The notes under the pieces are model-generated. The model saw nothing but the letters and a program-made list of their open reading frames with translations, was not told the DNA's origin and did not search any database. Shown here piece after piece: positions 18,655 through 29,172 of a stretch of 64,000 nucleotides of DNA. Within the stretch, counting starts at the first letter, position 1. Every line of letters begins with the position of its first letter. Location: contig CAZHIA010000002.1 in assembly GCA_964532425.1 (NCBI GenBank), positions 77,945 through 141,944 on the forward strand, in the 5' to 3' direction. The translations under genes were made by a program, and so were the position numbers. Source of the DNA: an uncultured Candidatus Saccharibacteria bacterium. GTDB taxonomy: Bacteria > Patescibacteriota > Doudnabacteria > UBA920.

Positions 18655-18723
18655 ATGAAGAAGAAGCTAAAAATCACCCTGAGCTACATTATCCGTACTA
18701 TTGCCAGCTGGATTGTAGGTTAA
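18655..18723 (+). CDS. Candidate 22-aa peptide MKKKLKITLSYIIRTIASWIVG
   Basis: Extended -10 (TGaTATAAT) near 18585-18593, an AT-rich initiation region, and a terminator hairpin at 18749-18784. Confidence 0.4.
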   Translation: MKKKLKITLSYIIRTIASWIVG

Positions 18724-18877
18724 AAATTTTTGTTTCATTGCAGTATTTACCCCGTTCGTTTCCCTGGAAACGGCGGGGTTTTTGTTAAGTTTACTGGTAA
18801 ATTTCAGTCATTTAAGTGAGAAATTGTTACCAATATATTTAAACAAACATACCAAACAGACGTGAGTTGTTTGGCGC

Positions 18878-21800
18878 ATGAAATTTATGATAAAAAAACT
18901 TTTAGGACTTTTCTCCGGAAAGTCCAAGCGGCGTGCGGGGCAGCTTGATGGTTCTGCGTTGTTGTTCCAGCGGCGCCTAAAACGTTCGCTCGACCTGCCT
19001 CCTTTTGGCAAGGTCCCTGACTTTGGCAAACTTTCGAAGCAAATATTTATCACTCTGTTGGCTGCCGTGGTTGTCATGGTCCCAGTGCGGGTTGTGCTGG
19101 CAGCAAGCGGTATCGCCCTGGATGCCTATAGCGGTACGCCGACAACCATCCATGTGAGCGGCTGGGGCTACAGCGGCGGCGAGACCGTCTCTATTTATCT
19201 TGGCGCTGCGACGGGAGCGCCGGCGGCAACTACTACCGCAGCGGCTGACAGTCAATTCGGGCCGGTCGCTGTTATTATTCCAGCTAATGCGCCGCAAGGA
19301 TCGCTTCCCGTCATTGCAATTGGTTCCACAAGCGGGGTGACTGGGTCGAACAGTTATTATGTAGTACAATTTACACCCATTATCACACCGGCTTCCACTC
19401 CAAATACGCCAGGCGGCGTGGTGACGGTATCGGGTAGTGGGTATGCACCGAACGAAGGGGTGAAATTTTATATCAACGGATCACAAGTCGGTTCGGCTAC
19501 TGCAGGTCCGGCCGGAAGTTTTACCAATGGCTCACTGGCCATACCGGATGTAACGACCGGAACATACCAGCTGCATGGCACTGGTTCTTCCAGCGGAGCT
19601 GATGCGGTCTACTGGTTCTATATTGGCGGATTCTACCCTTCTGCGTACCCTTCCGTGTACTACATACTTCCGGGACATGCTCTAAGCTTTTCCGGCAGCG
19701 GATTCGCGCCGGGCGAAACCATTCAAGCAATTCAGAGCGGTAGTTCGACGCCGTCTTCCAGTTTTACCGCGGATAACACAGGTGCGTTTGCCAACGCAGG
19801 TTCGGTAAATGTTCCTTTAAGTTTGGCCGGTTCCCAAGCAACCTATCATATCACCGGACTTTCCAGCAAGGGGAATGTAGATGTGAGTGTGACGGTTGGC
19901 CAGTTCTTTCCCGGGGTTTATCCATCTGCCTATTATATCGCTCCGAGCGACCAGATCAGTTTTAGTGGGGGTGGTTTTGCACCGAATGAGTCCATTCAGG
20001 TGACTGATAGCGCCAGTCCGCAAGTACTCGCTACGATCCTGGCAGACAGTAATGGTTCTTTTGCCGGTGCCGGTAGCACCACGGTTCCGTTTACGTTTGC
20101 CGGGACCACGCGGACCTTCCGGCTGGCCGGGGGATTAAGCCATGCTGAAGCTGATACTTCCGTCACGGTCGGCCAGTATTATCCGAGCATCAGTCCATCT
20201 GCCTACTATATCAATCCCGGACAGAAATTGTCAGTTTCGGGAAGCGGGTTTGCGCCGAATGAGACTGTTGATCTTACGATGGGAGCCGGCAGCCCCACTA
20301 CAACCGTAACAAATGCCAGTGGCATGTTTGCTACCCCGTTTATGAATGTGCCTTTTATGAGCGGATCGAACCTGCTGGTTACCGCCAGTGGCCGCAATAG
20401 TCACGCTACAGCCAGCGTGACTGTAACGCTGGGGGCGTATTATCCGAGTGTGGCTCCGAGCGCCTGGTATGCTTACCCCGGCTCGCTCGTCAGTTTTACC
20501 GGTACCGGTTTTGCGCCCGGCGAGGCAGTAGCTATAGGCGGGGCGGGTCAGTTGACGAGCGTTACCGCCGATAATAATGGCAACTTCACGAGTGGTACGA
20601 CGACGATCCCGTTCGGTACCAGTGGTTCACAGGTTTATACCTTTACCGGGGCTTTGAGCCATGCGACAACCAATATCAGTGTCGCCGTTGGTACTCTGTA
20701 TGCGTATGCTGATGCAGACACCTATTACGCCACTCCCGGTACCTTAATTCATGTAAACGGCCATGGGTTTGCTTTTGGCGAAGGGGTGACGGTTTCGGGT
20801 GGTGCAGCTCCGGTCCATGTGGCCGCTAATAATTCCGGCGACACCGGTCCGGTTGCGGTAACGTTGCCATTTAGTAATTCCTCGGCGATCCAATTTACTC
20901 TGACAGGCGATACAAGTGGCGCAAATGCTGTGGTGCCGGTTACCCTGGCGCCGTTTACCCCGCAAATGAATCCGGATACATGGTATACATCACCTGGGAC
21001 CACCGTCCATTTCTCTGGGAGCGGGTTTGTAGCTGGAGAGAGCGTGATCGCCAGTTTGAATGGGATCAGTAGTGGTAGTTCCGTGGCAACTGCCAGCGGG
21101 ACTATTGCCAGCCTGGCTGTGCCAATTCCGATTTCCGCGACTTCCGCCCATTTTGTTTTTACCGGCTCACTTTCAAAGTCGTCGGTGACGGTTGATATCG
21201 CCCTGGCCGGATTTTCTCCCCAGGTTAGTCCGAGCACGTGGTATGCTGCTTCAGGTTCAAACGTAACCTTTACCGGTACCGGCTTTGCGTCAGGGGAGAG
21301 TGTAACCATTTCCAGTAACGCCAGTTCATCATCCGTATCAGTGAATAGCTCGGGTGGATTTACATCCCCTCCGTTTGCCTTACCTTACAGCGGCACAGCA
21401 GCTCATTTCACCGTTACCAGTTCCTTGACCCATGTGAGTCTTCCAGTTGATATCGCTTTGGCGGCGTTTAATCCCGGGATTTCTCTTTCCAGCTACTGGG
21501 CCAACGGCGGCACGCCGTTGACTGTTACTGGCATGGGGTTCGGCGGTAATGAGAATGTGGAGGTAGCTTTTGCCGGCCAGCCACTCGGTTCAATCGTGAC
21601 GGACGCCAGTGGTAATTTTAGCCTGGTGACCACGGTCCCGTATGGTACGCCGGGGAATAAAACAGTCCAAGCCAAAGGAACCAAGAGCGGAGGCATTGCA
21701 TCTGCAACCTTTACGATCCCGCAGGTTTATACAGGCATTCAACTCGGATCATATGCCGGCGCACCAGGCAGTGCGGTGACATTTATTGGCAGCGGCTACT

Positions 21801-22003
21801 ATCCCGGCGAACCGATTAATATCATGACTGACCGGACCGGCAGCACCGTCCAGTACACCTTCAATGCCGATGCTGCCGGTAACTTCAATAATAGCGGCTG
21901 GCTAATTCCAACCAGCTTCACCGGCGGCCCCTTAGGGGTCACGATCACCGGCGGTCATAGTTTTGCTGCCAATACCATTACATACTGGGTCACCGGGCCA
22001 TAA
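18878..22003 (+). CDS. Large surface protein with 11 tandem Ig-like repeats of about 85-90 aa
   Basis: Hydrophobic segment IFITLLAAVVVMVPV; repeated Y/W-Y-x2-PG-x4-F-x-G-x-GF-x-P-x-E; rich in Ser, Thr and Gly. Confidence 0.85.
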   Translation: MKFMIKKLLGLFSGKSKRRAGQLDGSALLFQRRLKRSLDLPPFGKVPDFGKLSKQIFITLLAAVVVMVPVRVVLAASGIALDAYSGTPTTIHVSGWGYSGGETVSIYLGAATGAPAATTTAAADSQFGPVAVIIPANAPQGSLPVIAIGSTSGVTGSNSYYVVQFTPIITPASTPNTPGGVVTVSGSGYAPNEGVKFYINGSQVGSATAGPAGSFTNGSLAIPDVTTGTYQLHGTGSSSGADAVYWFYIGGFYPSAYPSVYYILPGHALSFSGSGFAPGETIQAIQSGSSTPSSSFTADNTGAFANAGSVNVPLSLAGSQATYHITGLSSKGNVDVSVTVGQFFPGVYPSAYYIAPSDQISFSGGGFAPNESIQVTDSASPQVLATILADSNGSFAGAGSTTVPFTFAGTTRTFRLAGGLSHAEADTSVTVGQYYPSISPSAYYINPGQKLSVSGSGFAPNETVDLTMGAGSPTTTVTNASGMFATPFMNVPFMSGSNLLVTASGRNSHATASVTVTLGAYYPSVAPSAWYAYPGSLVSFTGTGFAPGEAVAIGGAGQLTSVTADNNGNFTSGTTTIPFGTSGSQVYTFTGALSHATTNISVAVGTLYAYADADTYYATPGTLIHVNGHGFAFGEGVTVSGGAAPVHVAANNSGDTGPVAVTLPFSNSSAIQFTLTGDTSGANAVVPVTLAPFTPQMNPDTWYTSPGTTVHFSGSGFVAGESVIASLNGISSGSSVATASGTIASLAVPIPISATSAHFVFTGSLSKSSVTVDIALAGFSPQVSPSTWYAASGSNVTFTGTGFASGESVTISSNASSSSVSVNSSGGFTSPPFALPYSGTAAHFTVTSSLTHVSLPVDIALAAFNPGISLSSYWANGGTPLTVTGMGFGGNENVEVAFAGQPLGSIVTDASGNFSLVTTVPYGTPGNKTVQAKGTKSGGIASATFTIPQVYTGIQLGSYAGAPGSAVTFIGSGYYPGEPINIMTDRTGSTVQYTFNADAAGNFNNSGWLIPTSFTGGPLGVTITGGHSFAANTITYWVTGP

Positions 22004-22037
22004 TGATAAAAACCCTAATTATAAGGGAATTTAACCT

Positions 22038-22070
22038 CCCCCACTTTCTAATAATCTAGAAAGTGGGGGG
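22038..22070 (+). terminator. Terminator hairpin
   Basis: cccccactttcta...tagaaagtggggg. Confidence 0.7.
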
Positions 22071-22073
22071 TTC

Positions 22074-22102
22074 TTGACAATATTGCTGTTTTGAGGTAAA
22101 AT
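22074..22102 (+). promoter_or_regulatory. Sigma70-type promoter
   Basis: TTGACA-17 nt-TAAAAT. Confidence 0.75.
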
Positions 22103-22176
22103 GTAATTTCTTCCAGGTGAATCCCAAGGACGGGCTAATCTGAAGAAAAATTCAGTTTTGCAGTAGGAGGATTATT

Positions 22177-22689
22177 ATGGCTGCTCTTCCAGTAGTAAGC
22201 AGTATAGAGACGGCTTGCGTGGACGATGACAACCCAGGGCTACATAAGTCATACAATAGAGAAAAAAGATTAACAGCCTTGGCATTACCTGGCGGCGTGG
22301 TAAAGGTGCTTGACGCTAACGATGAAGTCGTGTTCGAGAGAGACGATCTCTTTCAGGGCAAGGTCTCCTGCGTGGCATTTTCCCAGCTTGGCCATATCCT
22401 GGCTATTGGCGGGACAGATGGGTGGGCCTACATCGTAAGAGTCGAGGACTGGAAAGTCCGCGACATTGGGTGTCCGGATAACACATCCTCTGTGGTAGAA
22501 TTCCTTTTCACGAAGGACGAGCCCGAAGTCGGTTTCCGGAATGAGAAGGGTTGGGTGTTCATCCGAAACATCGTTACCAATAAAGTGCGCATGTATTGCC
22601 CGCCGAGCGGCGCGGTCGTCGAACATAACCCTTTGCATTGCCGGCCTGCCCTCAGGGATCCTCATGGGATCGGAGGGGGTAAGCCATAA
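22177..22689 (+). CDS. WD40-like repeat protein (partial propeller)
   Basis: SD AGGAGG; VSCVAFSQLGHILAIGGTDGWAYI is WD40-like. Confidence 0.65.
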   Translation: MAALPVVSSIETACVDDDNPGLHKSYNREKRLTALALPGGVVKVLDANDEVVFERDDLFQGKVSCVAFSQLGHILAIGGTDGWAYIVRVEDWKVRDIGCPDNTSSVVEFLFTKDEPEVGFRNEKGWVFIRNIVTNKVRMYCPPSGAVVEHNPLHCRPALRDPHGIGGGKP

Positions 22690-22774
22690 TACAAAATAAG
22701 TTACCATAGCCGCCACTTTCGGGTGTCGGCTCCTTTGTTTGGCGGATAAGATAAAGCGACAAGGGGGAATCAAT

Positions 22775-23314
22775 ATGGGCAAAACGGATACGGTACTGGA
22801 TGAAAGCCGGGCGCTACAGTTGGCAGCCGAAGGCTGCAGCGAGATGAAAGTCCTGAAGCTGGCCGCGCGGGGATGTTTGAAAGGTCTTGATGGCAGCTCC
22901 TGGACTGACGCGCTCAGATACGCGGCAGAGGCACGGAAGCAGGATCCTGCGGATGATGAATGTTATGTCCTGCTCGGTGCGGCCTGGCTGCGGTACGCTC
23001 AAACTTGGGACCGGGAATTCGGTCTTGGAGAGGCAACCGAAGTTTGTGAGGATTGGGTGCGCATGCATCCGAAAAGCGCACAGGCCCACTACATGCTTGG
23101 TTCGGTCTACGAACTGCGTGATTGCTGGAGACAGGCATTCATCTGTTATGAGATGGCCGACAATCTTGAGCCGGACAACCCAGCCACACTCTACCGGAAA
23201 GCTCTCGCATTACACGAACTTCATGACCCCGAAGCTGGAGCAGTGTTCCAGCATGTGCTTGAACTGGACCCGAAGCATACCAAAGCAAAGTTGTTCCATG
23301 CCGGTTATGCCTAA
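22775..23314 (+). CDS. TPR-repeat protein
   Basis: SD AAGGGGG; TPR patterns PKSAQAHYMLGSVY, PDNPATLYRKALAL and VLELDPKH; terminator near 23343-23373. Confidence 0.8.
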   Translation: MGKTDTVLDESRALQLAAEGCSEMKVLKLAARGCLKGLDGSSWTDALRYAAEARKQDPADDECYVLLGAAWLRYAQTWDREFGLGEATEVCEDWVRMHPKSAQAHYMLGSVYELRDCWRQAFICYEMADNLEPDNPATLYRKALALHELHDPEAGAVFQHVLELDPKHTKAKLFHAGYA

Positions 23315-23411
23315 CGCACAGCATCCGGTTATCGGAAATACAGCACCTCTGACTTCAGAGGTGCTATTTTTATACAAAAAAATTGAGGCTCGAAATGAGC
23401 CTCTGCTGCTG

Positions 23412-23717
23412 TTAGGGTTTTGCGAGGAGCGCATCTGTCTGGTCTTGGGGGATGCACGTACAAAAAATATACCCTCGTCCGTCAGACGGCTTTCGTATTG
23501 CGGGAGGCCACATGTCCTTGGCGAGCCCTGCTTTTTCAAAACTCCGTTTCCATTCCTCCAGTTTGTTTTCCGCATCGGCGTACGGTGTGCTCTCATGGGA
23601 TTCCAGCCATTCCGATTGCACCATATAGTGTCCCTCAAACAAGCTGGCAAGATTGCCACCCATACCATGGGGTTTGTGCTTGTCGAGCAGGTTCTTGAGT
23701 GTTATGACAGTTTCCAC
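23412..23717 (-). CDS. Hypothetical protein
   Basis: G-rich SD before GTG at 23717; converges on the bidirectional terminator. Confidence 0.5.
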   Translation of the reverse strand: METVITLKNLLDKHKPHGMGGNLASLFEGHYMVQSEWLESHESTPYADAENKLEEWKRSFEKAGLAKDMWPPAIRKPSDGRGYIFCTCIPQDQTDALLAKP

Positions 23718-23840
23718 AGCCCCCCTTGTTAGTCCCATAGTATATGGCATGGTACTGATTCTCACAAACGGGAATTGGGACTGGTGAATAAAGAAAAAGG
23801 AAGGGCAAGCCCTTCCCGGGGGAGTGGTGTTGGAGGTTTG

Positions 23841-24233
23841 TTACGCGGTCATAGCCTGGAGTGATTCTTTCACCCATGGCACACTGCGCCGTTTTTGCGA
23901 AAATTGTTGAATACTCAGGAGTTCTCCGTCGATGCCGTGCTGAAGGAGAATGAACGGAATGTTGCTCTGGCCCATAAGAGCGGCGGCTGCATGGCTGCAG
24001 TTGGTGCTGAACAGGCAGAAGGCACTGCCGGTCCGCTGTGTTGATGCCATTTGCACCAGTTCCGCTTCCCGGTTTGAGTAATCATTGTCATTCGATTGGA
24101 ATCTGGTCTGGGTTCCGAATACCTCCTGGAGCGCGGCACTTTCGGTTTCATTCGGCATTCTGCCGATGCAGGTGACCTCGGTCACATTAGCGATGATGCT
24201 TTTTTCCAGCAACGCGATTAAATCCTCCTTCAA
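23841..24233 (-). CDS. Hypothetical protein (possible paralog of 25709-26071)
   Basis: SD AAGGAGG at 24224-24230 suggests a start at TTG 24212. Confidence 0.6.
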   Translation of the reverse strand: MKEDLIALLEKSIIANVTEVTCIGRMPNETESAALQEVFGTQTRFQSNDNDYSNREAELVQMASTQRTGSAFCLFSTNCSHAAAALMGQSNIPFILLQHGIDGELLSIQQFSQKRRSVPWVKESLQAMTA

Positions 24234-24407
24234 GAGTATGCGATGGATTTTGCCAAAACCTCGGAATCGCGAAAGGTGCGATCAGTGTTGTGAGAATCAT
24301 CCATCGCGTTATATGACGGTAAGAAAAAACCGGACTTTTGAAATCCGATCCTATTGCTCGCAAATAAGAGACAAAAACCCCCGCCTTTTTTAAAGGCGGG
24401 GAATAAG

Positions 24408-24671
24408 TTATTGAACCTTGGCTATGGCTTTGGCAAGCCGGCTCTTTTTACGCGAAGCGGTGTTCTTCTTGATGACGTTGGTCTTGGCAGCTTTGTCCAG
24501 GGTGGACATGGCTTTTTTCATGGCATCCATGGCTTCGGATTTTTTGCCAGCCGCTACAAGCTTTCTGACTTCTTTGACAGCAGCTTTGAACTTGTTTTTG
24601 ACTTCCTGGTTGTGGTTTTTGCGGCGATCTGACTGCCGCATAGCCTTGGCTGCTGACTTGGTATTAGGCAT
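24408..24671 (-). CDS. rpsT: 30S ribosomal protein S20
   Basis: MPNTKSAAKAMRQ...LDKAAKTNVIKKNTASRKKSRL; terminator at 24375-24401. Confidence 0.96.
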   Translation of the reverse strand: MPNTKSAAKAMRQSDRRKNHNQEVKNKFKAAVKEVRKLVAAGKKSEAMDAMKKAMSTLDKAAKTNVIKKNTASRKKSRLAKAIAKVQ

Positions 24672-24794
24672 TGCGATATCGATAATTAATGGTTACAGAC
24701 ACAATGAGCGTTGTTGTGTAACACGGTACATCGATTGTACCATTTTACTTGAAAAAAATCAAGGGCATGCGTATTCGCATACCCTGTAAGAAGA

Positions 24795-25526
24795 CTACCA
24801 TGTAGCGGTGAAAACGGCGACGATCTTCCATTCGCCGCGATGCCGCGTCGGGGGTTCGGGAGAGTGCTCTGTTGGAATCTCGGCTTCAGTCGCGTGCCTG
24901 AGGGTGAATAAATACGATGGTCCGGCGCCAAAACTGAAACGTTCACCTTGCCATCCTGCAAACACTTTGGGGTCTAAGCCGATAGCGCAGCTGGTAGCAC
25001 ATAAAAAAACATTTTCGGCTCCTCCGCGCAGCCAACGCACGCCCGGTACTTTCCGCAGCAGTTCCCAGGCGGGCTCACCAATGGTGAGAGAGGTTTCGCC
25101 ATCCTTAAGCTGGAGCCGCTGAATGCGGGAATGGGCGGTGAAATTGTGTGTGTGGACTTTGGTGGTAATGCCGAGCAATGCTCCGGCAAAACGATTCTCG
25201 GAGCCGTCCAGACGGAACGCTGGACCGACGAATGGCATTACCGCGGATTCCCAGCCTTTTTGAAGATTGCTGGCTAACGGTATGCGGAAAAACAGCTCAG
25301 GTGCCGCAAAACTGCCATATTCGGAAAAGCGCAACGCAGACAATCCGATGCCAACTGGGAGTTGTTTGCTGGGCGTGTAGTCCAGTGTCCAGGTATCTAA
25401 TTCCCGGGCAGCTGAAGCTTCGACACCGATGCGTTCGGGATGTTCTTCTTGTACGGCGGGATGATGTTCTTCCTGTTGTGCTGCCATGCTGGCTGTAAAA
25501 GCAATCATAATCAGAAATTTGCTCAT
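24795..25526 (-). CDS. Secreted beta-rich protein
   Basis: Signal peptide, His/Glu-rich segments, amphipathic strands and a terminal Trp. Confidence 0.65.
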   Translation of the reverse strand: MSKFLIMIAFTASMAAQQEEHHPAVQEEHPERIGVEASAARELDTWTLDYTPSKQLPVGIGLSALRFSEYGSFAAPELFFRIPLASNLQKGWESAVMPFVGPAFRLDGSENRFAGALLGITTKVHTHNFTAHSRIQRLQLKDGETSLTIGEPAWELLRKVPGVRWLRGGAENVFLCATSCAIGLDPKVFAGWQGERFSFGAGPSYLFTLRHATEAEIPTEHSPEPPTRHRGEWKIVAVFTATW

Positions 25527-25708
25527 GGTATGGATATGGTTCCTCCTGTGGAATGAAAAACAGCCGAGACGGGCTGTTTCCGTCTCGTAGCGTATTGGAA
25601 TTCCCGTTTTGTGTCAAGGTTCTAACATCTTGACATGCAATTGTAATCAAAATAAAAAAAGCGCCCCGGTACAACTGGGACGCTGAGTGGTGTTCCGATG
25701 GCCATGGC

Positions 25709-26071
25709 TCATACTGCCGTGGCAAAAACTTGCCGGATGGCAGGCCACAGGCGTATGAGCTTAAGATTGGTCACCTGGTAAACTGTCAAGTTGTCCTGCT
25801 CCTTACAAAAGAGCCCGAATTCCACCCCGTGGGCTTGGGCTTCCAGTATTCGCGGGAGCAACGTGGTGAGCTGCGGATCATCACCGCACATATAGCATGC
25901 TTCGGTCCACTGCCTGTCCATGATATAGCGGGAAAGTTCGTTTTGTTTGGCAAACGAGGCTGGGCCGCGGCTAATACTTACGTTCCAACCGTGAATGTGG
26001 CGTAGAGCAGATTCTTTCTGGGGGCTCATCTGCTGGTTGCCAAGCAGTACAACTTTGGTGAGTTTTTTCAC
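25709..26071 (-). CDS. Hypothetical protein
   Basis: AGGAGG upstream of GTG; 120 aa; terminator near 25657-25684. Confidence 0.65.
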   Translation of the reverse strand: MKKLTKVVLLGNQQMSPQKESALRHIHGWNVSISRGPASFAKQNELSRYIMDRQWTEACYMCGDDPQLTTLLPRILEAQAHGVEFGLFCKEQDNLTVYQVTNLKLIRLWPAIRQVFATAV

Positions 26072-26183
26072 TCCGTATAGATTCCTCCTGTCAGGTTACC
26101 TCGGGGAAGGTTAGTATATAAGACGGATCAAGTTGGGAATTATAAAAGGGATAAGCGCGAGCCTATCCCTTACTTGAGCGGTT

Positions 26184-28277
26184 TTAACGTTGATGCGTGA
26201 GTTTGCGTAATTTTTTAATTTCCGTAATTTTATCGCGGATTTTTGCCGCCAGTTCGAACTCCAAATTCTTCGAAGCCATGTCCATCTGTTCCTCGAGCTC
26301 AGTGAGGTAAAATCTCAATTCGTCCGGGTTCATGCGGGACGGATCACGGTCATCGGTTTCTTCTGCAATTTCTTTTTTGCCGCCTGCCAAGCGGGTATCG
26401 GCAATGGCTTTGCGGATACTCTGTGGCGTAATGTCATGGGCGGTGTTGTAGTCTTGCTGTAGTTTGCGGCGGCGGGTGGTTTCGTCGATGGCTGCCCGCA
26501 TGCTACCTGTAATTTTATCGGCATACATGATCACATGGCCTTCCAAATGCCGCGCCGCGCGTCCCATCATTTGCATGAAGAATGTTTCGCTGCGCAAGAA
26601 GCCCTCCTTATCCGCATCGAGGATAGCTACCAATGAAACCTCCGGCAAGTCCAATCCTTCCCGGAGCAAGTTGATGCCGACTAAGACATCGTAGACGCCG
26701 AGACGCAAGTCGCGTAAGGTTTCGAGCCGTTCAAAAGTGTCAACATCGGAATGAACATAACTGACCTTGATGCCGGCTTCTTTGAGGTATTCGGATAGTT
26801 CTTCGGCCATGCGCTTGGTCAGCGTTGCGACCAATACGCGTTGGTGGTTCTCGATGCGCGCATGGATTTGCTCGATTAGGTCGTCCACCTGGTTCTTAAT
26901 GGGCTTGATTTCGATGGTAGGGTCAAGCAGTCCAGTTGGGCGGATTATTTGTTCGACGATGGACGGGGGATCCAATTTTTCGATTTTGTCACCAAGATCG
27001 GTGACTGTGTCTTCCATACCGAGCTCGTTCCGTTTGGACTTGGGAATAAATCTGGTACTCTTCTGTGTCAGACTACGTTGGATTTCGAACTCCCCAGGGG
27101 TTGCTGAGACGAACACGGCCTGGCCGATCTTTTTTTCGAACTCATCGAATTTTAAAGGACGGTTATCGAGCGCCGAAGGCAGACGGAATCCATAGTCGAC
27201 CAGGGTAGTCTTGCGCGACTTGTCTCCCTCGTACATGGCGCCAATTTGGGGAATGCTTTGATGGGATTCGTCGATGAACAGGAGAAAATCATCGGGAAAA
27301 TAATCAATCAACGTCGACGGCGGCTCTCCCGGGGCCCGGCCGTCCAGGTGCCTCGAGTAGTTTTCGATGCCAGCCACGAAACCGGTATTTGCCAGCATTT
27401 CGAGATCGAAATTAGTGCGATGTTCCAAGCGCTGCGCTTCTAGCAGCTTGCCGGCGTTCCGTAATTCCTTGAGGCGTCCGGCCAGCTCGGCGCGGATGTT
27501 ATCCGCGGCCACTTTAAGCTGGTCTTCCGGTGTGACGAAGTGTTTGGCCGGAAAGATGGTGAATTCTTCCAGGTTTTCTATCTTATGCCCTGAGACCGCA
27601 TCGAGCCGCTCAATCTTTTCAACCTCGTCGCCGAAAAAATCCATGCGGATAATAGTATCCTCGGAAGACAGAATGATTTCAACCACATCGCCCTGGGCGC
27701 GGTAGGTGCCGCGTTCCAGTTGGAGATCATTGCGATGATATTGCAGGTCGGTCAGGCGCCGCAGCAGTTTGTCGCGCTTGAGGCTTCCACCCTTTTTGAT
27801 CTTGAGTGAGAGCTCGAGGTAATTGGCCGGGTTACCCAACCCATAAATGCATGAGACGCTGGCCACAATCAACACGTCGCGTCGTGACAGGAGTGACTGG
27901 GTGGCGGCGTTGCGCAGACGGTCGATCTCTTCATTGATCTGTGTTTCTTTTTCGATGAAGGTGTCGGTGCGGGGGATGTAGGCTTCCGGCTGGTAGTAAT
28001 CGTAGTAGGATACGAAATAGTGGACCGCATTGTCCGGAAAGAAATCCTGGAATTCGGCAGCCAACTGGGCTGTAAGGGTTTTGTTATGAGAAATGACCAG
28101 GGTCGGCCGCTGCAGCTGCTGCACGATATTGGCCATGGTAAACGTTTTCCCTGAGCCGGTTACGCCGAGCAGAGTCTGGTATCTGCGGCCGGCCGCCAGG
28201 GATTTTAGCAGGCCGTCGATGGCCTTAGGTTGGTCACCTGACGGAGTATATTGTGAGTGAAGTTTGAATTTAGGCAT
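26184..28277 (-). CDS. uvrB: Excinuclease ABC subunit B
   Basis: [41 protein letters not shown] and a C-terminal UVR domain. Confidence 0.98.
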   Translation of the reverse strand: MPKFKLHSQYTPSGDQPKAIDGLLKSLAAGRRYQTLLGVTGSGKTFTMANIVQQLQRPTLVISHNKTLTAQLAAEFQDFFPDNAVHYFVSYYDYYQPEAYIPRTDTFIEKETQINEEIDRLRNAATQSLLSRRDVLIVASVSCIYGLGNPANYLELSLKIKKGGSLKRDKLLRRLTDLQYHRNDLQLERGTYRAQGDVVEIILSSEDTIIRMDFFGDEVEKIERLDAVSGHKIENLEEFTIFPAKHFVTPEDQLKVAADNIRAELAGRLKELRNAGKLLEAQRLEHRTNFDLEMLANTGFVAGIENYSRHLDGRAPGEPPSTLIDYFPDDFLLFIDESHQSIPQIGAMYEGDKSRKTTLVDYGFRLPSALDNRPLKFDEFEKKIGQAVFVSATPGEFEIQRSLTQKSTRFIPKSKRNELGMEDTVTDLGDKIEKLDPPSIVEQIIRPTGLLDPTIEIKPIKNQVDDLIEQIHARIENHQRVLVATLTKRMAEELSEYLKEAGIKVSYVHSDVDTFERLETLRDLRLGVYDVLVGINLLREGLDLPEVSLVAILDADKEGFLRSETFFMQMMGRAARHLEGHVIMYADKITGSMRAAIDETTRRRKLQQDYNTAHDITPQSIRKAIADTRLAGGKKEIAEETDDRDPSRMNPDELRFYLTELEEQMDMASKNLEFELAAKIRDKITEIKKLRKLTHQR

Positions 28278-28287
28278 ATAGTTATAA

Positions 28288-28388
28288 GATACGGATATGC
28301 GGATAGGTACGGATGATACGGATAATACTGATGTTTTCTATCCGTATTCATCCGTATCATCAGTATTCAGATCCGTATATCAGTATCA
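28288..28388. repeat. Inverted array of ATACGGAT-type units upstream of uvrB
   Basis: gatacggat repeats on the left and atccgtat/atcagtat repeats on the right. Confidence 0.75.
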
Positions 28389-28543
28389 TATTATAGAACC
28401 TCCAACTATCATAGTATCATTAGAATAGACGGGTGTTAAGCCAAATGGCTACAAAAATAGAGGGAATAAGAGATTTGATTTGAAATGAAGCAGTCGAATG
28501 ATAACCGTCCCAGTCGCGGTTAATTATGCTACTATATAAGTAT

Positions 28544-29107
28544 ATGATCGCATATATCAAAGGAACTATATTAGAAAAAGGCCCAAATTTCGTTATCTTG
28601 GATACCGGTAGCATCGGGTACAAAGTCTTCGTCTCGCCGGAAATGTTGGAAGCCAAACATGGCGAACAACTTTCGCTCTATACGTATTTAAAAGTGAGCG
28701 ATGACGGTCAAGCCTTGTATGGTTTTGCCGATTTTGCCACGCTGCAATTTTTTGAGCTGCTTATTACGGTCTCCGGAGTGGGACCTAAAGTGGCGCTGGC
28801 CATTCTTTCGGCTGCCCGGGCCGATGCGGTGCGGCAGGCTATTATGTCGCAGGATCCGGCTATTTTTACACGCATCTCCGGCGTGGGCACAAAGACGGCT
28901 GAACGGATCATCGTCGAACTCAAGAACAAAGTTGGCACGCTCGAAACCGCGCCCGGCCTGACAGCTTCTTCGAGCGAAGTTTTTGACGCGCTCATGGCCT
29001 TAGGGTATAACCAACGGGAAGTACGTGAGGTGATAAATAAACTTGATAGTACGTTGTCCACGGGTGAGCAGGTGAAACAAGCATTGAAAATGATGGGGAG
29101 CAAATAA
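28544..29107 (+). CDS. ruvA: Holliday junction branch migration protein RuvA
   Basis: MIAYIKG, LYGF, VSGVGPKVALAIL, GVGTKTAERIIVELK and ALMALGY. Confidence 0.97.
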   Translation: MIAYIKGTILEKGPNFVILDTGSIGYKVFVSPEMLEAKHGEQLSLYTYLKVSDDGQALYGFADFATLQFFELLITVSGVGPKVALAILSAARADAVRQAIMSQDPAIFTRISGVGTKTAERIIVELKNKVGTLETAPGLTASSSEVFDALMALGYNQREVREVINKLDSTLSTGEQVKQALKMMGSK

Positions 29108-29172
29108 ATTTCTAATATCCAATTTCCAATTCCTAATAAAAGTTATAAGGCAAAAAAAATCCAAAATTCGAT

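Noticed and set aside
22887-23732. 281-aa + strand ORF
   Set aside because: Overlaps the TPR gene out of frame, crosses a terminator and has no recognisable features
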